Positions 18,238 through 27,566 of a DNA stretch of 64,000 bases are shown one piece after another. The position numbers and the translations under genes are program-made. The notes beneath the pieces were generated by a model. The model was not told the origin of the DNA, did not search any database, and saw only the letters and a list, made by a program, of their open reading frames with translations. Origin of the DNA: a candidate division WOR-3 bacterium (lineage in GTDB: Bacteria; Hydrothermota; Tepidihabitantia; Tepidihabitantales; Tepidihabitantaceae). Within the stretch, counting starts at the first letter, position 1, and every line of letters starts with the position of its first letter. The stretch spans positions 44,129-108,128 of the forward strand of contig CBFGJX010000006.1 in the NCBI GenBank assembly GCA_965649225.1, in the 5' to 3' direction.

Positions 18238-18744
18238 GTGGAACCCGCCAGCGTGCAACTGACCATTCGCCGCGCCCGGCCCGAAGACTTTGACGCCATC
18301 TGCGAACTCGCCGACATCATGGACGAACCCCAGCGCACGGCCCTGCCCGACCGGTTCCGCCGCGGCCCCGGCCCGGCCCGCAACCGCGAGCGCACCGAAG
18401 CCTTCATACGCGACGAAAACACCTTCCTCGCCATTGCCGAGGTCAACAGGACTGTCGTCGGCCTCGTCAATGCCGGTCTGGAAAAAATGCCCGACTATCC
18501 GCAGAAGCAACCGCTTACATGGGTGAAGATTCGCGGCATCGTGGTCCGGCCCGAACTGCGAAGGAAAGGCATCGCCACCGCCCTCGTCCGCGCGGTCGAG
18601 CAGTGGGCCGCCGCCCGCGGCGCGACCGAGATTCAGGCCAACGTCTACGACTTCAACAAACCCGCGTACGCCTTCTTTTCCCACCTCGGTCTGACCCCCT
18701 TGAGCCACCGCCTCGTGCGGCGGCTGGACTCGCCACCGGAGTAG
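18238..18744 (+). CDS. GNAT-family N-acetyltransferase
   Basis: IRRA-x3-D, VRPELRRKGIA motif A and N-x2-A-x2-FF-x3-G. Confidence 0.9.
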   Translation: MEPASVQLTIRRARPEDFDAICELADIMDEPQRTALPDRFRRGPGPARNRERTEAFIRDENTFLAIAEVNRTVVGLVNAGLEKMPDYPQKQPLTWVKIRGIVVRPELRRKGIATALVRAVEQWAAARGATEIQANVYDFNKPAYAFFSHLGLTPLSHRLVRRLDSPPE

Positions 18745-19324
18745 ACCTGCTCTTGCGCCATCGAAGCTGCTTGCCTCACAACAGAACGACGCAGACTCGT
18801 GCACGCTTCAGTTGTCGTTATATGCACTTACGCCGAAGCGTGCGTGCGCTCCCCCCAACTTGGATGAGGGCACTGTTGACAGGGCAAATGGGGACGCCAA
18901 CCGTTTCGTACGTTCAAGTTCAGTCGATAGCCGACCAATCGACCACGGGTTGGCTTGGTTCGGCCCGGACGGACCTGACAAGGAGCAGAGTCGGCCGCAG
19001 CGTACCAAGCTGCTCAGTCTAGTCGCGGGCAGATTTGGACTGTAACCCACATGCTAAAAGCCGACCGTCGCGCGAAGCCGCCTTATCTGCCGCATCTGCT
19101 TGACTTGCCGGATTGCGGGCTTTTCCGACTCCCCCGTTCCCCCCACGGCTTCGCGTGGCACTATCAGCCGGGCTTTTCGGTCGACAACTCGAAATCCCGT
19201 GACCTTGTTCGACTCAATACGCGGTGCGACAGAGGTCGCGAGTCCGACCGCCGGCCCGGCTGTTCCGACTCATTCCCGCGCTCGGATGGTTTGCGATGAC
19301 ACGACGCCTTGTCGCTCTCGCAGC

Positions 19325-19353
19325 TTGACCCTCTCGCCCGGCCCGACGATAAT
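19325..19353 (+). promoter_or_regulatory. promoter, probably leaderless transcript
   Basis: TTGACC-N17-GATAAT, then 6 nt to ATG 19360. Confidence 0.6.
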
Positions 19354-19359
19354 CAGCCA

Positions 19360-19863
19360 ATGAACCTGCCAGTACTTGTCACCTATGCCACCCGCGGCGG
19401 CTCGACTACCGGAATCGCCGAACGGATTGCCGCCGAGCTCAAGGCACGCGGCATCGCCACCGAGGTCAAGCCGGTGAAGGAAGCCGGCGACCCGACGGGG
19501 TACCGCGCCGTTGTGCTTGGCTCGCCGGTGCGCGCCGGCCGGCTGATGCCCGAGGCGCTGAAGTTTGTCCAGCGCCATCAGGTTGCGCTTGCCCAGCGCC
19601 CGTTTGCCGCGTTTGTAGTCTGCCTGGCGATGTCCGACCCGACCGAGGCCAACTGCAAAACCGCCCTCGCATATCTCGACCCGGTCCGCAGCCTCGTCAA
19701 GCCCGCGGCCGAGGCCGCTTTCGCCGGCGCCTATGACCCGGCCCGGGCCGGTTTCCTCGAACGGCAGATAATGAAGATGGTCAAGGCCCGGCCCGGCGAC
19801 TTCCGCAACTGGGCGGAAATCGACGCCTGGGCCGCGAAACTGGCCGACCGGCTGGGAATCTGA
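19360..19863 (+). CDS. flavodoxin-domain protein (HemG-like)
   Basis: YATRGGST-x2-IA FMN loop, VVLGSPV, FAGA and GDFRNW-x2-I-x2-WA motifs. Confidence 0.85.
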   Translation: MNLPVLVTYATRGGSTTGIAERIAAELKARGIATEVKPVKEAGDPTGYRAVVLGSPVRAGRLMPEALKFVQRHQVALAQRPFAAFVVCLAMSDPTEANCKTALAYLDPVRSLVKPAAEAAFAGAYDPARAGFLERQIMKMVKARPGDFRNWAEIDAWAAKLADRLGI

Positions 19864-19878
19864 CCGGACCGAACCGGC

Positions 19879-20694
19879 CTAAAGCACGCCGGCCGGAATC
19901 TCGGCCAGATTGAAAACCGGGCCGTCTTTGCAGATGAGCTTGGCCCCGATGTTGCACCGGCCGCACTGGCCGATGCCGCACTGCATCTTGGCCTCGAGCG
20001 TGGTATAGACCTGCTCGTCGGCGAAGCCCAGCTCTTTCAGTACCGCCGCGGTGAACTTGATCATCACCGGCGGGCCGCAGACCACCGCGATGCGGTTGTC
20101 CGGTTTGAGCTTGAGGTCGCGCACGACATTGGGCAGCAGCCCGACGCAGCCGTCCCACCCGACGCACTCGGTGTCGATTGACCGGGTGAGCTTGATGCCC
20201 GGGTCCTTGCTCCACTGTGCGAGGTCGGCGCCGAAGAGCATGTCGCCGGGCGTGCGCGCGCCGAAGACTATCTCGATGCCGGCGTAGTCGCCGCGGTGCT
20301 CAAGCAGCCAGTCGACAACCGGCCGCAAGGGGGCCAGCCCGATACCGCCGCCGATGATGACCACGTCCCTGCCCTTCCAGCTCTCGACCGGAAACGGCTT
20401 GCCGTAAGGCCCGCGCACTCCGACCTTCTCGCCCGCGGTCGCGCGGTGCAGGGCTTTGGTCAGATGTCCCATCCGTTTGACCGAAACCTGGAAGGTCCTG
20501 CCCCCCGGCCCGAGCCGGCTGACCGCAAAGGTCGACTCACCGTGTCCCTGCAGCGAAACCTCGACAAACTGACCGGGCAGGCAGGCAAGCGCGGTACCGT
20601 CGTCAAACTCCAGCTCGAAGCTCTTGACGTCAACCGATTCTTCGATGACCCGCTTGATTGTCGCGGGTCGCGGCACCAGTTCGATGCGGCTCAT
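19879..20694 (-). CDS. flxA: FlxA-like FAD/NAD(P)-binding [2Fe-2S] oxidoreductase (AsrB/HydG family)
   Basis: PGQF, RGPYG, GGGIGLAPLR, CGPPVM and MQCGIGQCGRC...CKDGP motifs; last gene of hdr-flx; ATGA overlap at 20694. Confidence 0.85.
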   Translation of the reverse strand: MSRIELVPRPATIKRVIEESVDVKSFELEFDDGTALACLPGQFVEVSLQGHGESTFAVSRLGPGGRTFQVSVKRMGHLTKALHRATAGEKVGVRGPYGKPFPVESWKGRDVVIIGGGIGLAPLRPVVDWLLEHRGDYAGIEIVFGARTPGDMLFGADLAQWSKDPGIKLTRSIDTECVGWDGCVGLLPNVVRDLKLKPDNRIAVVCGPPVMIKFTAAVLKELGFADEQVYTTLEAKMQCGIGQCGRCNIGAKLICKDGPVFNLAEIPAGVL

Positions 20695-21716
20695 TTCTTC
20701 ACCTCCGCGCGGGCCGCGCGTTCCTTCGCCCGCCGGGCGAGCTTCGCCGCCTGCTGGGGGAAGCTGCGCTTGATCGGACAGATGATGGCGCAGCGGCCGC
20801 AGCCAGTGCACGACATCGCGCCGTAGCGGTGCACCGTGTAGCAGAACTTGTCCAGGGTCCGGTTGCGCAGGCGGCTGGCATTGGTCCGGCGCGGGTTGTG
20901 GCCGCTGGTCTCGCGCGAGTAGGACAAAAACTGGCACGAATCCCAGCAGGTCACGCGCTCGCCCTTGCCGCCGTGCTTCTCGTCGGCCACCAGAAAGCAG
21001 GTACAGCTCGGACAGGCCAGCGTGCAGGCGCCGCAGGTCAGGCAGATGTCGGCCTGCTCGGTCCAGAACTCGTCGCCGTACAGCGCCAGCAGTTCGTCCG
21101 CAGTCGGCACCGGGAACTTGCCCTTTGGCCAGTCGCGCTTTGCCGGCTGCTTGTCCGTCGATGCAAGCAGCTTCGAACCAAGAAGCTTGGCCCCGCGCTC
21201 GCTTGTTGCGCGCATCAGCCAGCCACCTTCGGTTTCGACCATCACCGCGTCCATGCCGGCTTCGGAGTCGGGCGCAAGCCCGCGGTCGGTGCAGTGACAG
21301 GTCGGTTTCATTTCTGAGCAGGCCAGCCCGATTATCAGCGTGCGGTCACGCTCGGCCGCATAGAGCCGGTCCGGATAAACCCCGCCCAGAAATACCCGGT
21401 CGTAATGCAAGAGCGCCGCCACGTCGCACGGGTGCATCCCGACGATGACGCGTGGTGCAGTCGGCGCTTCGACCGGTTCGAGATTCCACGTGCTGGTCGA
21501 ATCGAACCGGGCAATCGGCCGCCGGCGCGGGAAAAACAGCTCCTTGGCCGAGGTGTCGATGATGCTTGAAGGCAGCCGCACATCGGTCCCGATCTGGTAA
21601 GCGCCCCAGCTCCACTTCGCGCCCTTTTTCTGCGGCACGACCACCTCGGCTGTTGCCGCAAGCTCGTCGAGGAACCGGCCGAGGTCTGCGGTCTTCAGAA
21701 GCTTCCAGCCGCTCAC
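20691..21716 (-). CDS. flxB: FlxB-like 4Fe-4S dicluster protein (AsrA/HydB family)
   Basis: HPCD, C-x5-CHC, CLTCGACTLACPSCTC, WDSC and CTGCGRCAIICP motifs. Confidence 0.85.
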   Translation of the reverse strand: MSGWKLLKTADLGRFLDELAATAEVVVPQKKGAKWSWGAYQIGTDVRLPSSIIDTSAKELFFPRRRPIARFDSTSTWNLEPVEAPTAPRVIVGMHPCDVAALLHYDRVFLGGVYPDRLYAAERDRTLIIGLACSEMKPTCHCTDRGLAPDSEAGMDAVMVETEGGWLMRATSERGAKLLGSKLLASTDKQPAKRDWPKGKFPVPTADELLALYGDEFWTEQADICLTCGACTLACPSCTCFLVADEKHGGKGERVTCWDSCQFLSYSRETSGHNPRRTNASRLRNRTLDKFCYTVHRYGAMSCTGCGRCAIICPIKRSFPQQAAKLARRAKERAARAEVKK

Positions 21717-22573
21717 AGCGCCTCCCCCATCACCTCATCGGAATCGTCCTTGGCCAGCGTCACCAGCGGCGGCTTCTCGCCCCGCACGGTACCCGGTCGC
21801 GCGCCGAACTCGTCGCGGATAAGCTTCTCGATTGCGGCGTTGAGCAGCCGGATGGGAATGCCTTCGGGACAGGCCCGCTGGCACTCGCCGCAGTCGGCGC
21901 AGCGTCCGGCCAGATGCCATGCTCGCACCAGATGCCACATCGTGTTGGCCGAGAGCTTGCGCGACGGTTCAATCCAGCGCGGCTCGGTCGAGTCGGCGAT
22001 GCAGGTTTCACAGTAGCACATCGGGCAGACCTGCCGGCAGGCGTAACACCGCTGGCACTTCTCGAACTGCTCGGCAAAAAACTGCCAGCGCTCCTCGGGC
22101 GTCATCTTCTCGATGCGCTCCAGCGCCTTGAACTCGGCATCGCGCGCGGCCTTCGGCGTGCCGATGACGTGATCGGCGCCCGGCGCAACACTGGTCGGGC
22201 AGTCATCACACTTCTGGGCCCGCGCGCCGTTGACCGTAACGCCCTCGCACGCCGGCGCCAGCACCACCAGCTTCGACCGGTCCACCTTCTTCTCGACCTC
22301 AAGCGTCGAAAGCGCCCGGCCGTCGCAGCCCTTGAGCACGACCGCGACCCGGGCATGACGTTCCAGTATCGGCCCGAGGAAATTGGCGAGATTGTGAACA
22401 CAGCGCTCGTCGAACACCAGCTCGTCGAGGTTGTCGCCTTTGCGGAACAACGCCGGCCGCACCGCCTCGACCGACGGCTCGTAGCGCCAGCCCAGCACGG
22501 CATCAACCGTTCCGTTCGCCAGCAATTCCTTTGCCTGCTGTCTCAGCCCTGCCTGCAATTCGTCATTCGTCAC
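21713..22573 (-). CDS. flxC: FlxC-like 4Fe-4S dicluster protein
   Basis: KGCDGR, CQRCYACRQVCPMCYCETC and HLAGRCADCGECQRACP motifs. Confidence 0.82.
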   Translation of the reverse strand: MTNDELQAGLRQQAKELLANGTVDAVLGWRYEPSVEAVRPALFRKGDNLDELVFDERCVHNLANFLGPILERHARVAVVLKGCDGRALSTLEVEKKVDRSKLVVLAPACEGVTVNGARAQKCDDCPTSVAPGADHVIGTPKAARDAEFKALERIEKMTPEERWQFFAEQFEKCQRCYACRQVCPMCYCETCIADSTEPRWIEPSRKLSANTMWHLVRAWHLAGRCADCGECQRACPEGIPIRLLNAAIEKLIRDEFGARPGTVRGEKPPLVTLAKDDSDEVMGEAL

Positions 22574-23049
22574 GATGCCACTCCAGTCCGGGCGAGGGTC
22601 TTGGGTCTGCCCGCCAGTGCCTTCAGCCGTTTGGTGAACTCGGTGCAGACCCGGGCGAACCGCTTGCCCTCGGCCGCCGAAACCCAGGTGAAGTGCATCC
22701 GGTCGGGATGCACCCCGACTGTTTCAAGCAGGCGCCGGGTCACGGCAAGTTTGCGCCGGGCGTAGTAGTTACCGGTGCCGTAATGGCAGTCACCCGGGTG
22801 GCAGCCCGAAACCATCACGCCGTCGTAGCCCTCGACAAAAGCCTTGAAAATCATCGTCGGGTCAACCCGGCCCGAACACGGCACCTGCACGATTCTTACA
22901 TTGGCCGGATACTGGAAACGGCTGGTCCCGGCCAGGTCGGCCCCGGCGTAGGAACACCAGCGGCACAGTATCGCCAGCACCTTTGGCTCTTCGGCCATCT
23001 TCGGCACGGCCTGGCTTTCCGCCGCTTGAGTTTCAGGGTTCGCGCTCAC
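22570..23049 (-). CDS. flxD: MvhD/FlxD [2Fe-2S] subunit
   Basis: CRWCSYAGADLAG, CSGRVDP, GCHPGDCHY-x2-GN and WVSAAEG motifs. Confidence 0.92.
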   Translation of the reverse strand: MSANPETQAAESQAVPKMAEEPKVLAILCRWCSYAGADLAGTSRFQYPANVRIVQVPCSGRVDPTMIFKAFVEGYDGVMVSGCHPGDCHYGTGNYYARRKLAVTRRLLETVGVHPDRMHFTWVSAAEGKRFARVCTEFTKRLKALAGRPKTLARTGVAS

Positions 23050-24998
23050 GCTGTTATCTCCTCAAAAACTTCGGCATCCGAGAACTGGGCCAGTGTCACC
23101 GCTTTGTTGCGGCAGGTCGCCACGCACGCACCACAGCCCTGGCACTTGCCCGCAACCACGCCGGCCACGGTTCGCGCCCCGGCCTTGCGCTCCTCAATCG
23201 CCGAGTAATAGCACACCGCCGCGCAGTTCAGGCAGCCGGTACAGGCATTGACATCAACCGCGGCGACCTGCGGCGCCTTGCGCAGCTTGTCTTTGGAAAA
23301 CAGGCCGAGCACCTTGGCCGCGGCCGCGCTGCCCGACTGAACGCTGGCCGGAATGTCCTTGGGGCCCTGGCACGCGCCGGCAAGGAAGATGCCGGCACTG
23401 GCCGTCTCGACCGGTTTGAGCTTGGGATGGGACTCGGAGTAGAATCCGTCCGCGTCATAGGCGATGCCGAGAATCTGGGCCAGGTTCGGTGCTTCGTCCT
23501 GCGGCTCGACCGCACAGGCTAAAACAACCATGTCGGCGTCAATCTGCACCGGCCGGCCCACGAGCGAGTCCTCGGTGAACACCCGGTACTTGCCGTTTTT
23601 CAACGGCGCGATGCGACCGACCCGGCCGCGGATGTAGCGCACGTCGTCCTCCTCGACCGCGCGCTGGACAAATTGCTCGTAGTCCTTGCCCGGCGAGCGG
23701 ATGTCGATGTAGGACACATAGGCCATGCCGTCCGGTACGTGGTGCTTGTAGAGCATCGCGTGCTTGGCGGTGTACATGCAGCAGATCCCCGAGCAGTAGG
23801 CGTGGCCCTTCGACGGGTCGCGCGAACCGACACACTGAGCGAAAACGACCGTCTTCGGCACCGCGCCATCCGACGGCCGCACCAGCCGGCCGCCGGTCGG
23901 CCCGGTCGAGCTGACCAGCCGTTCGAACTGCAACCCCGTTATGACATCGGGCAGCGTCCCGCCGCCGTACTCGGTGTACACTGCCGGATTCATCTCGCGG
24001 TAGCCGGTCGCGACAACCACCGCCCCGACCTCGACCGTCTCCTCCGAGCCCTTGTCCTCGAAATTCACCGCACCGGTCGGGCAAATCTTGGCACAGGCGC
24101 CGCACTTGCCCTTGGTCAGCTTGATGCAATGCTCGGCGTTGATAACCGGCACTGCCGGCACCGCCTGCGGAAACGGCGTCGCGATTGCCGGCCGCGTGCC
24201 GAGCCCGGCGTTGAACTCGTCCGGGGCAGTCTTCGCCGGACACTTCGACTGGCACAGACCGCAGGCAATACACTTTTTGGCATCGACATAGGTCGCGCGC
24301 CGGCTGATCGTCGCCAGGAAATTGCCGACGTAGCCGTCGAGTTTCGTCACCGTCGAGTTGACCCGGATTTCGATATTGGGATGCTGGGCCGCCTCGACCA
24401 TCTTCGGGGTGAGAATGCACTGCGAGCAGTCCAGCGTCGGGAAGGTCTCGTCGAGCATCGCCATCTTGCCCCCGAGCGACGGGCTTTTCTCGACCAGAAT
24501 GACCTTCCGGCCGCCGTCGGCGATGTCCAGCGCCGCCTGTATCCCGGCGATGCCGCCGCCGACCACGAGTGCGGTCCGCGTCAGCTCGACGTCGATGTCG
24601 GCCAGCGGATCGGCCTGCGCCACCCGCCTGACCTGGCGCGTCACGAGGTCAATCGCCTTGGCCGTGGCCGCTGCGCGGTCCTCGGTCACCCACGAACACT
24701 GTTCGCGGATGTTGGCCATCGAGACGAGGTAAGGGTTCAGGCCTTCCTGCATCACCGCCTTCTGGAAAGTCGGCAGGTGCATCTTGGGCGAGCAGGCCGC
24801 GACCACGACCCGGTTCAGGCCGTGCTCGCGGATGGCCTCGCGCACGAGGTTCTGCCCGGGCGAAGAGCACATGAACTTGTAGTCCTGCGCGAACGCGACC
24901 TCGGGCAGCTTTGCCACCTCCTCGGCGACCTTTGCCACATCGACCGTAGCCGCGATGTTCACGCCGCAATGGCAGATGAAGACCCCGACCTTAGCCAA
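23046..24998 (-). CDS. hdrA: heterodisulfide reductase subunit A
   Basis: KVGVFICHCGVNI, ACSP, NIREQCSWV, GGGIAG, TFPTLDCSQC, QCVGSR...CSGICCMY and GACQGPKDI motifs; GGAGG SD before TTG 24998. Confidence 0.96.
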   Translation of the reverse strand: MAKVGVFICHCGVNIAATVDVAKVAEEVAKLPEVAFAQDYKFMCSSPGQNLVREAIREHGLNRVVVAACSPKMHLPTFQKAVMQEGLNPYLVSMANIREQCSWVTEDRAAATAKAIDLVTRQVRRVAQADPLADIDVELTRTALVVGGGIAGIQAALDIADGGRKVILVEKSPSLGGKMAMLDETFPTLDCSQCILTPKMVEAAQHPNIEIRVNSTVTKLDGYVGNFLATISRRATYVDAKKCIACGLCQSKCPAKTAPDEFNAGLGTRPAIATPFPQAVPAVPVINAEHCIKLTKGKCGACAKICPTGAVNFEDKGSEETVEVGAVVVATGYREMNPAVYTEYGGGTLPDVITGLQFERLVSSTGPTGGRLVRPSDGAVPKTVVFAQCVGSRDPSKGHAYCSGICCMYTAKHAMLYKHHVPDGMAYVSYIDIRSPGKDYEQFVQRAVEEDDVRYIRGRVGRIAPLKNGKYRVFTEDSLVGRPVQIDADMVVLACAVEPQDEAPNLAQILGIAYDADGFYSESHPKLKPVETASAGIFLAGACQGPKDIPASVQSGSAAAAKVLGLFSKDKLRKAPQVAAVDVNACTGCLNCAAVCYYSAIEERKAGARTVAGVVAGKCQGCGACVATCRNKAVTLAQFSDAEVFEEITA

Positions 24999-25977
24999 CC
25001 GCCACCTCCGCGCCCGCCTTGCAGGCATCAGGCTGCGCGCATCGGCTCTGGTCGATCGGCGGCAGCTTGGCGAGAAACTGCTTGAAGCCGATCGCATGCG
25101 CCTCCAGCGCCAGCGTGTTCAGCTCGGCTCCGAGCGCCAGCGCGACAAGCTGATTGACGTGCAGCACCGGCACGTGGTAACTGGCGACACCGCGCAGGTT
25201 GAGTTTGTGCTGCATCCGGTCGAGCTGGGCCAGACAGTAAGGACACTGGACCACAATCGCATCCGGGTTGGCTTCGTTCAGACTGTCGAACTTCAGCTTG
25301 GAGTGCGGCAGGGAAAGTTCTTCCTTATGCAGGATGACCTGGGTCAGGCCGGTACCGCAGCAGGCCCGCGCCTCGCCGTAGCTCGTCACCTCGCCGCCGC
25401 AGGCCTGGATTATCTCCTCCAGCACGGTCGGCATGAACGCATCGTCGATGGCGGTGTTCTTGAATCCGTTGAGATAATGACAGCCGTAGTGGGTGGCAAA
25501 CTTCAGCCCGGCAAGCGGCCGCGTGACCCGCTCGCGGATGCGGTCCTTGAGCTTGTAGAACACCTCAATCGCGTGGTAGATTTCCTGTGAGCCCTTGTAC
25601 TCCCGGCCGATCATCGAAAGTATCGTGTTGACGACGCCTTTCACCGGCGGCCGCTCGTTCATGAAGTGGGCGAACTCGGTCAGGAACGTGTAGCAGCCGT
25701 TGCACATCGTGATGGTGTCGAGATTCAGCTCCTCGGCGATGGCGAGGTTGCGCGCCACAGCCGGCATCGTGCTGGTCGGCTGGGCGACATTGGTAAAAGT
25801 CAGAAACCCGCCACAGCAGGTTTGTTCGTCCGAGGTTACCGGTTCGATTCCCAGTCGCGGCAAGGCCTGCAGGATTCCGGAGATGACGCCCGGGTACTTG
25901 TTGTTGCCGACACAGGGTTGAAATACAAACATCCGGTCGGAAATCCGGATTCGGTCAAGCTGTGATTTTCTGACCAT
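24991..25977 (-). CDS. hdrB: heterodisulfide reductase subunit B (two CCG domains)
   Basis: PC...TCCGG...CNGC and HYGC...CCG...CPYC motifs. Confidence 0.9.
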   Translation of the reverse strand: MVRKSQLDRIRISDRMFVFQPCVGNNKYPGVISGILQALPRLGIEPVTSDEQTCCGGFLTFTNVAQPTSTMPAVARNLAIAEELNLDTITMCNGCYTFLTEFAHFMNERPPVKGVVNTILSMIGREYKGSQEIYHAIEVFYKLKDRIRERVTRPLAGLKFATHYGCHYLNGFKNTAIDDAFMPTVLEEIIQACGGEVTSYGEARACCGTGLTQVILHKEELSLPHSKLKFDSLNEANPDAIVVQCPYCLAQLDRMQHKLNLRGVASYHVPVLHVNQLVALALGAELNTLALEAHAIGFKQFLAKLPPIDQSRCAQPDACKAGAEVAVG

Positions 25978-25989
25978 GCCTACTCCTGT

Positions 25990-26712
25990 TCAGCCGGCGG
26001 CCTCAGCACCGGCCTTGGTGCTTTCATCTTCATTTTCCTCAGCGAGGCCGCAGAATTTCTGATTCGGTCCACGCTTGATTTTCACCAGGTCGGCCGGACT
26101 GCCGTAGTTCCACTTCTTCTCGACCGGCTTCATCTTCGGAATCTGCTCAAAGAGATCGGTCATGCCGGTGGCATCAGCGATGAAGCGGATTTCCGCCAGT
26201 GCCTTCTGACTGATGACGCGCTTCTCGGGCAGACCGGCCCGCCGGCGGATTGCCGTGATGCTGCCGTCAGTCCCGGAGTGAGCCGCAATCGCCCGGCGGA
26301 TGGCGAGGTTGCGCTCGATGTGGCTGACCGACAGCCCGGTCCGGTAATAGTCCTGCGCATAAGGGTCCTTGATCTTCTTGACCTCTTCCCAGCCGTAACC
26401 CTTGGCCAGGGCGGCATAGCGCAGCATCGCCACCGCAAACGGGAAGTTGATGTCCTGCGGGCAGACCGCATAGCAGCCCGAGCAGAAAAAGCAGAGCCAG
26501 AGCTCCTGCGACGAAATCACCTTCTCAACGTTGCCCATCCGCAGGTCGCGGATAATCTGGCGCGGGTTGTAGGACGACAGCTTCGCCGCCGGGCACTGGG
26601 CCGTGCACTTGCCGCACTGAATGCACTTTTCGAGGTCCTTGACCATCCCGTGCGTCAGCTCGGCAAACTTCTTGTCGAACCCGGCCAGCCAGTCCTTGAT
26701 TGTCTCAGCCAT
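25990..26712 (-). CDS. hdrC: heterodisulfide reductase subunit C
   Basis: CIQCGKCTAQCP, YNPRQII and WLCFFCSGCYAVCP motifs. Confidence 0.9.
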   Translation of the reverse strand: MAETIKDWLAGFDKKFAELTHGMVKDLEKCIQCGKCTAQCPAAKLSSYNPRQIIRDLRMGNVEKVISSQELWLCFFCSGCYAVCPQDINFPFAVAMLRYAALAKGYGWEEVKKIKDPYAQDYYRTGLSVSHIERNLAIRRAIAAHSGTDGSITAIRRRAGLPEKRVISQKALAEIRFIADATGMTDLFEQIPKMKPVEKKWNYGSPADLVKIKRGPNQKFCGLAEENEDESTKAGAEAAG

Positions 26713-26735
26713 CAGATAGCCTTTCCCGACTGCCG

Positions 26736-27152
26736 CTAGAGCATCCGCGGCATCGCCTTCATCATTCCGGGTATGATGCGCGGATGGCGCAGGGTCATCG
26801 CCATCATCATCCCCATCACCTTGCCCATTATGTAGAGATTCATCTTCAGGCCGAAGGCCTTCATCATCGGCACCATCCGCTCGAATACCCTGCCGCCAAG
26901 CGCGGGTTCCCGGTCCACTGCCTTGACCACCGCCGGCATCATCTCGACGAGCAGGTCGTCGTTCACCTCGATGTTCATCTGCTTCATCATCGGCAGCATC
27001 TTGTCCAGCACTGGTGCGACCATCTCCGGCTCACGGGCAAGATAAAGCAGCAGCCCCGGCATCATCGCCATCATCTTGTCCTTGGTCAGTGACAGGTCGA
27101 ACATCTTCGAAAAAGTGTCAACCGTCTGCTCTGCGACCTGCCGGCCACTCAT
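26736..27152 (-). CDS. Met-rich helical repeat protein, function unknown
   Basis: 138 aa, 27 Met, no Cys, 41-aa periodicity; ATGA overlap with the ArsR gene; GAGG SD-like site. Confidence 0.8.
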   Translation of the reverse strand: MSGRQVAEQTVDTFSKMFDLSLTKDKMMAMMPGLLLYLAREPEMVAPVLDKMLPMMKQMNIEVNDDLLVEMMPAVVKAVDREPALGGRVFERMVPMMKAFGLKMNLYIMGKVMGMMMAMTLRHPRIIPGMMKAMPRML

Positions 27153-27466
27153 ACCGCCACCGCCTCAGGCAAAAGCGTTTCCACCAGATGTTTCAATATC
27201 TTCACCGCCAGTTCATCCTTGACCGAATAGAAAACACTGGCACCGCGCCGCTCCTGCTCGAGAATCCCGGTCATCAACAGATACTTCAACTGTCCGGAAA
27301 CAGTTGACTGCTTTTGCCCGGTCGCGGCGACGATCTCAGTCACGTTCTTCGGCCCATCCTTCAAAAGACAAACTATCCTCAACCTCAAAGGGTGCGAAAA
27401 GTGAGCCAGGTATTCGGCGAGCCGACGACAGTCCTTCTCTTCAAGATGGAATGTTGCGTCAATCAC
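27149..27466 (-). CDS. ArsR/SmtB-family transcriptional regulator
   Basis: HPLRLRIVCLL, V-x-EI...QSTVSGQL and RRGASVFYS winged-HTH motifs. Confidence 0.9.
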   Translation of the reverse strand: MIDATFHLEEKDCRRLAEYLAHFSHPLRLRIVCLLKDGPKNVTEIVAATGQKQSTVSGQLKYLLMTGILEQERRGASVFYSVKDELAVKILKHLVETLLPEAVAV

Positions 27467-27472
27467 AGTTAC

Positions 27473-27500
27473 ATCATATCCCGATATTCGGTTTTGTCAA
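27473..27500 (-). promoter_or_regulatory. leaderless promoter of the ArsR-hdr-flx operon with palindromic candidate operator
   Basis: TTGACA-N16-TATGAT, then 6 nt to GTG 27466; ATATC-CC-GATAT inverted repeat at 27476-27487 overlaps the -10 box and spacer. Confidence 0.65.
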
Positions 27501-27566
27501 TAATCTTCTGTGGGGTTTTGACGTGCCGGCGGGGCGGGGTAAGATCCTTCTGCGAAGCGCGTTCCG

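Noticed and set aside
18876..18905. ACAGGGCAAAT-GGGGACGCCAA resembling a c-di-GMP-I riboswitch
   Set aside because: The P2 stem with GNRA loop is missing, there is no P3 or receptor, and no adjacent regulated gene start.
22570..24998. Selenocysteine in MvhD or HdrA, as occurs in some anaerobes
   Set aside because: Both frames are uninterrupted and have Cys at the relevant motifs.
23673..25085. Long plus-strand ORFs opposite hdrA and similar antisense ORFs elsewhere (e.g. 15644..16678, 33622..34770, 60020..61171)
   Set aside because: These are GC-rich codon-symmetry shadows of well-supported genes with no motifs of their own.
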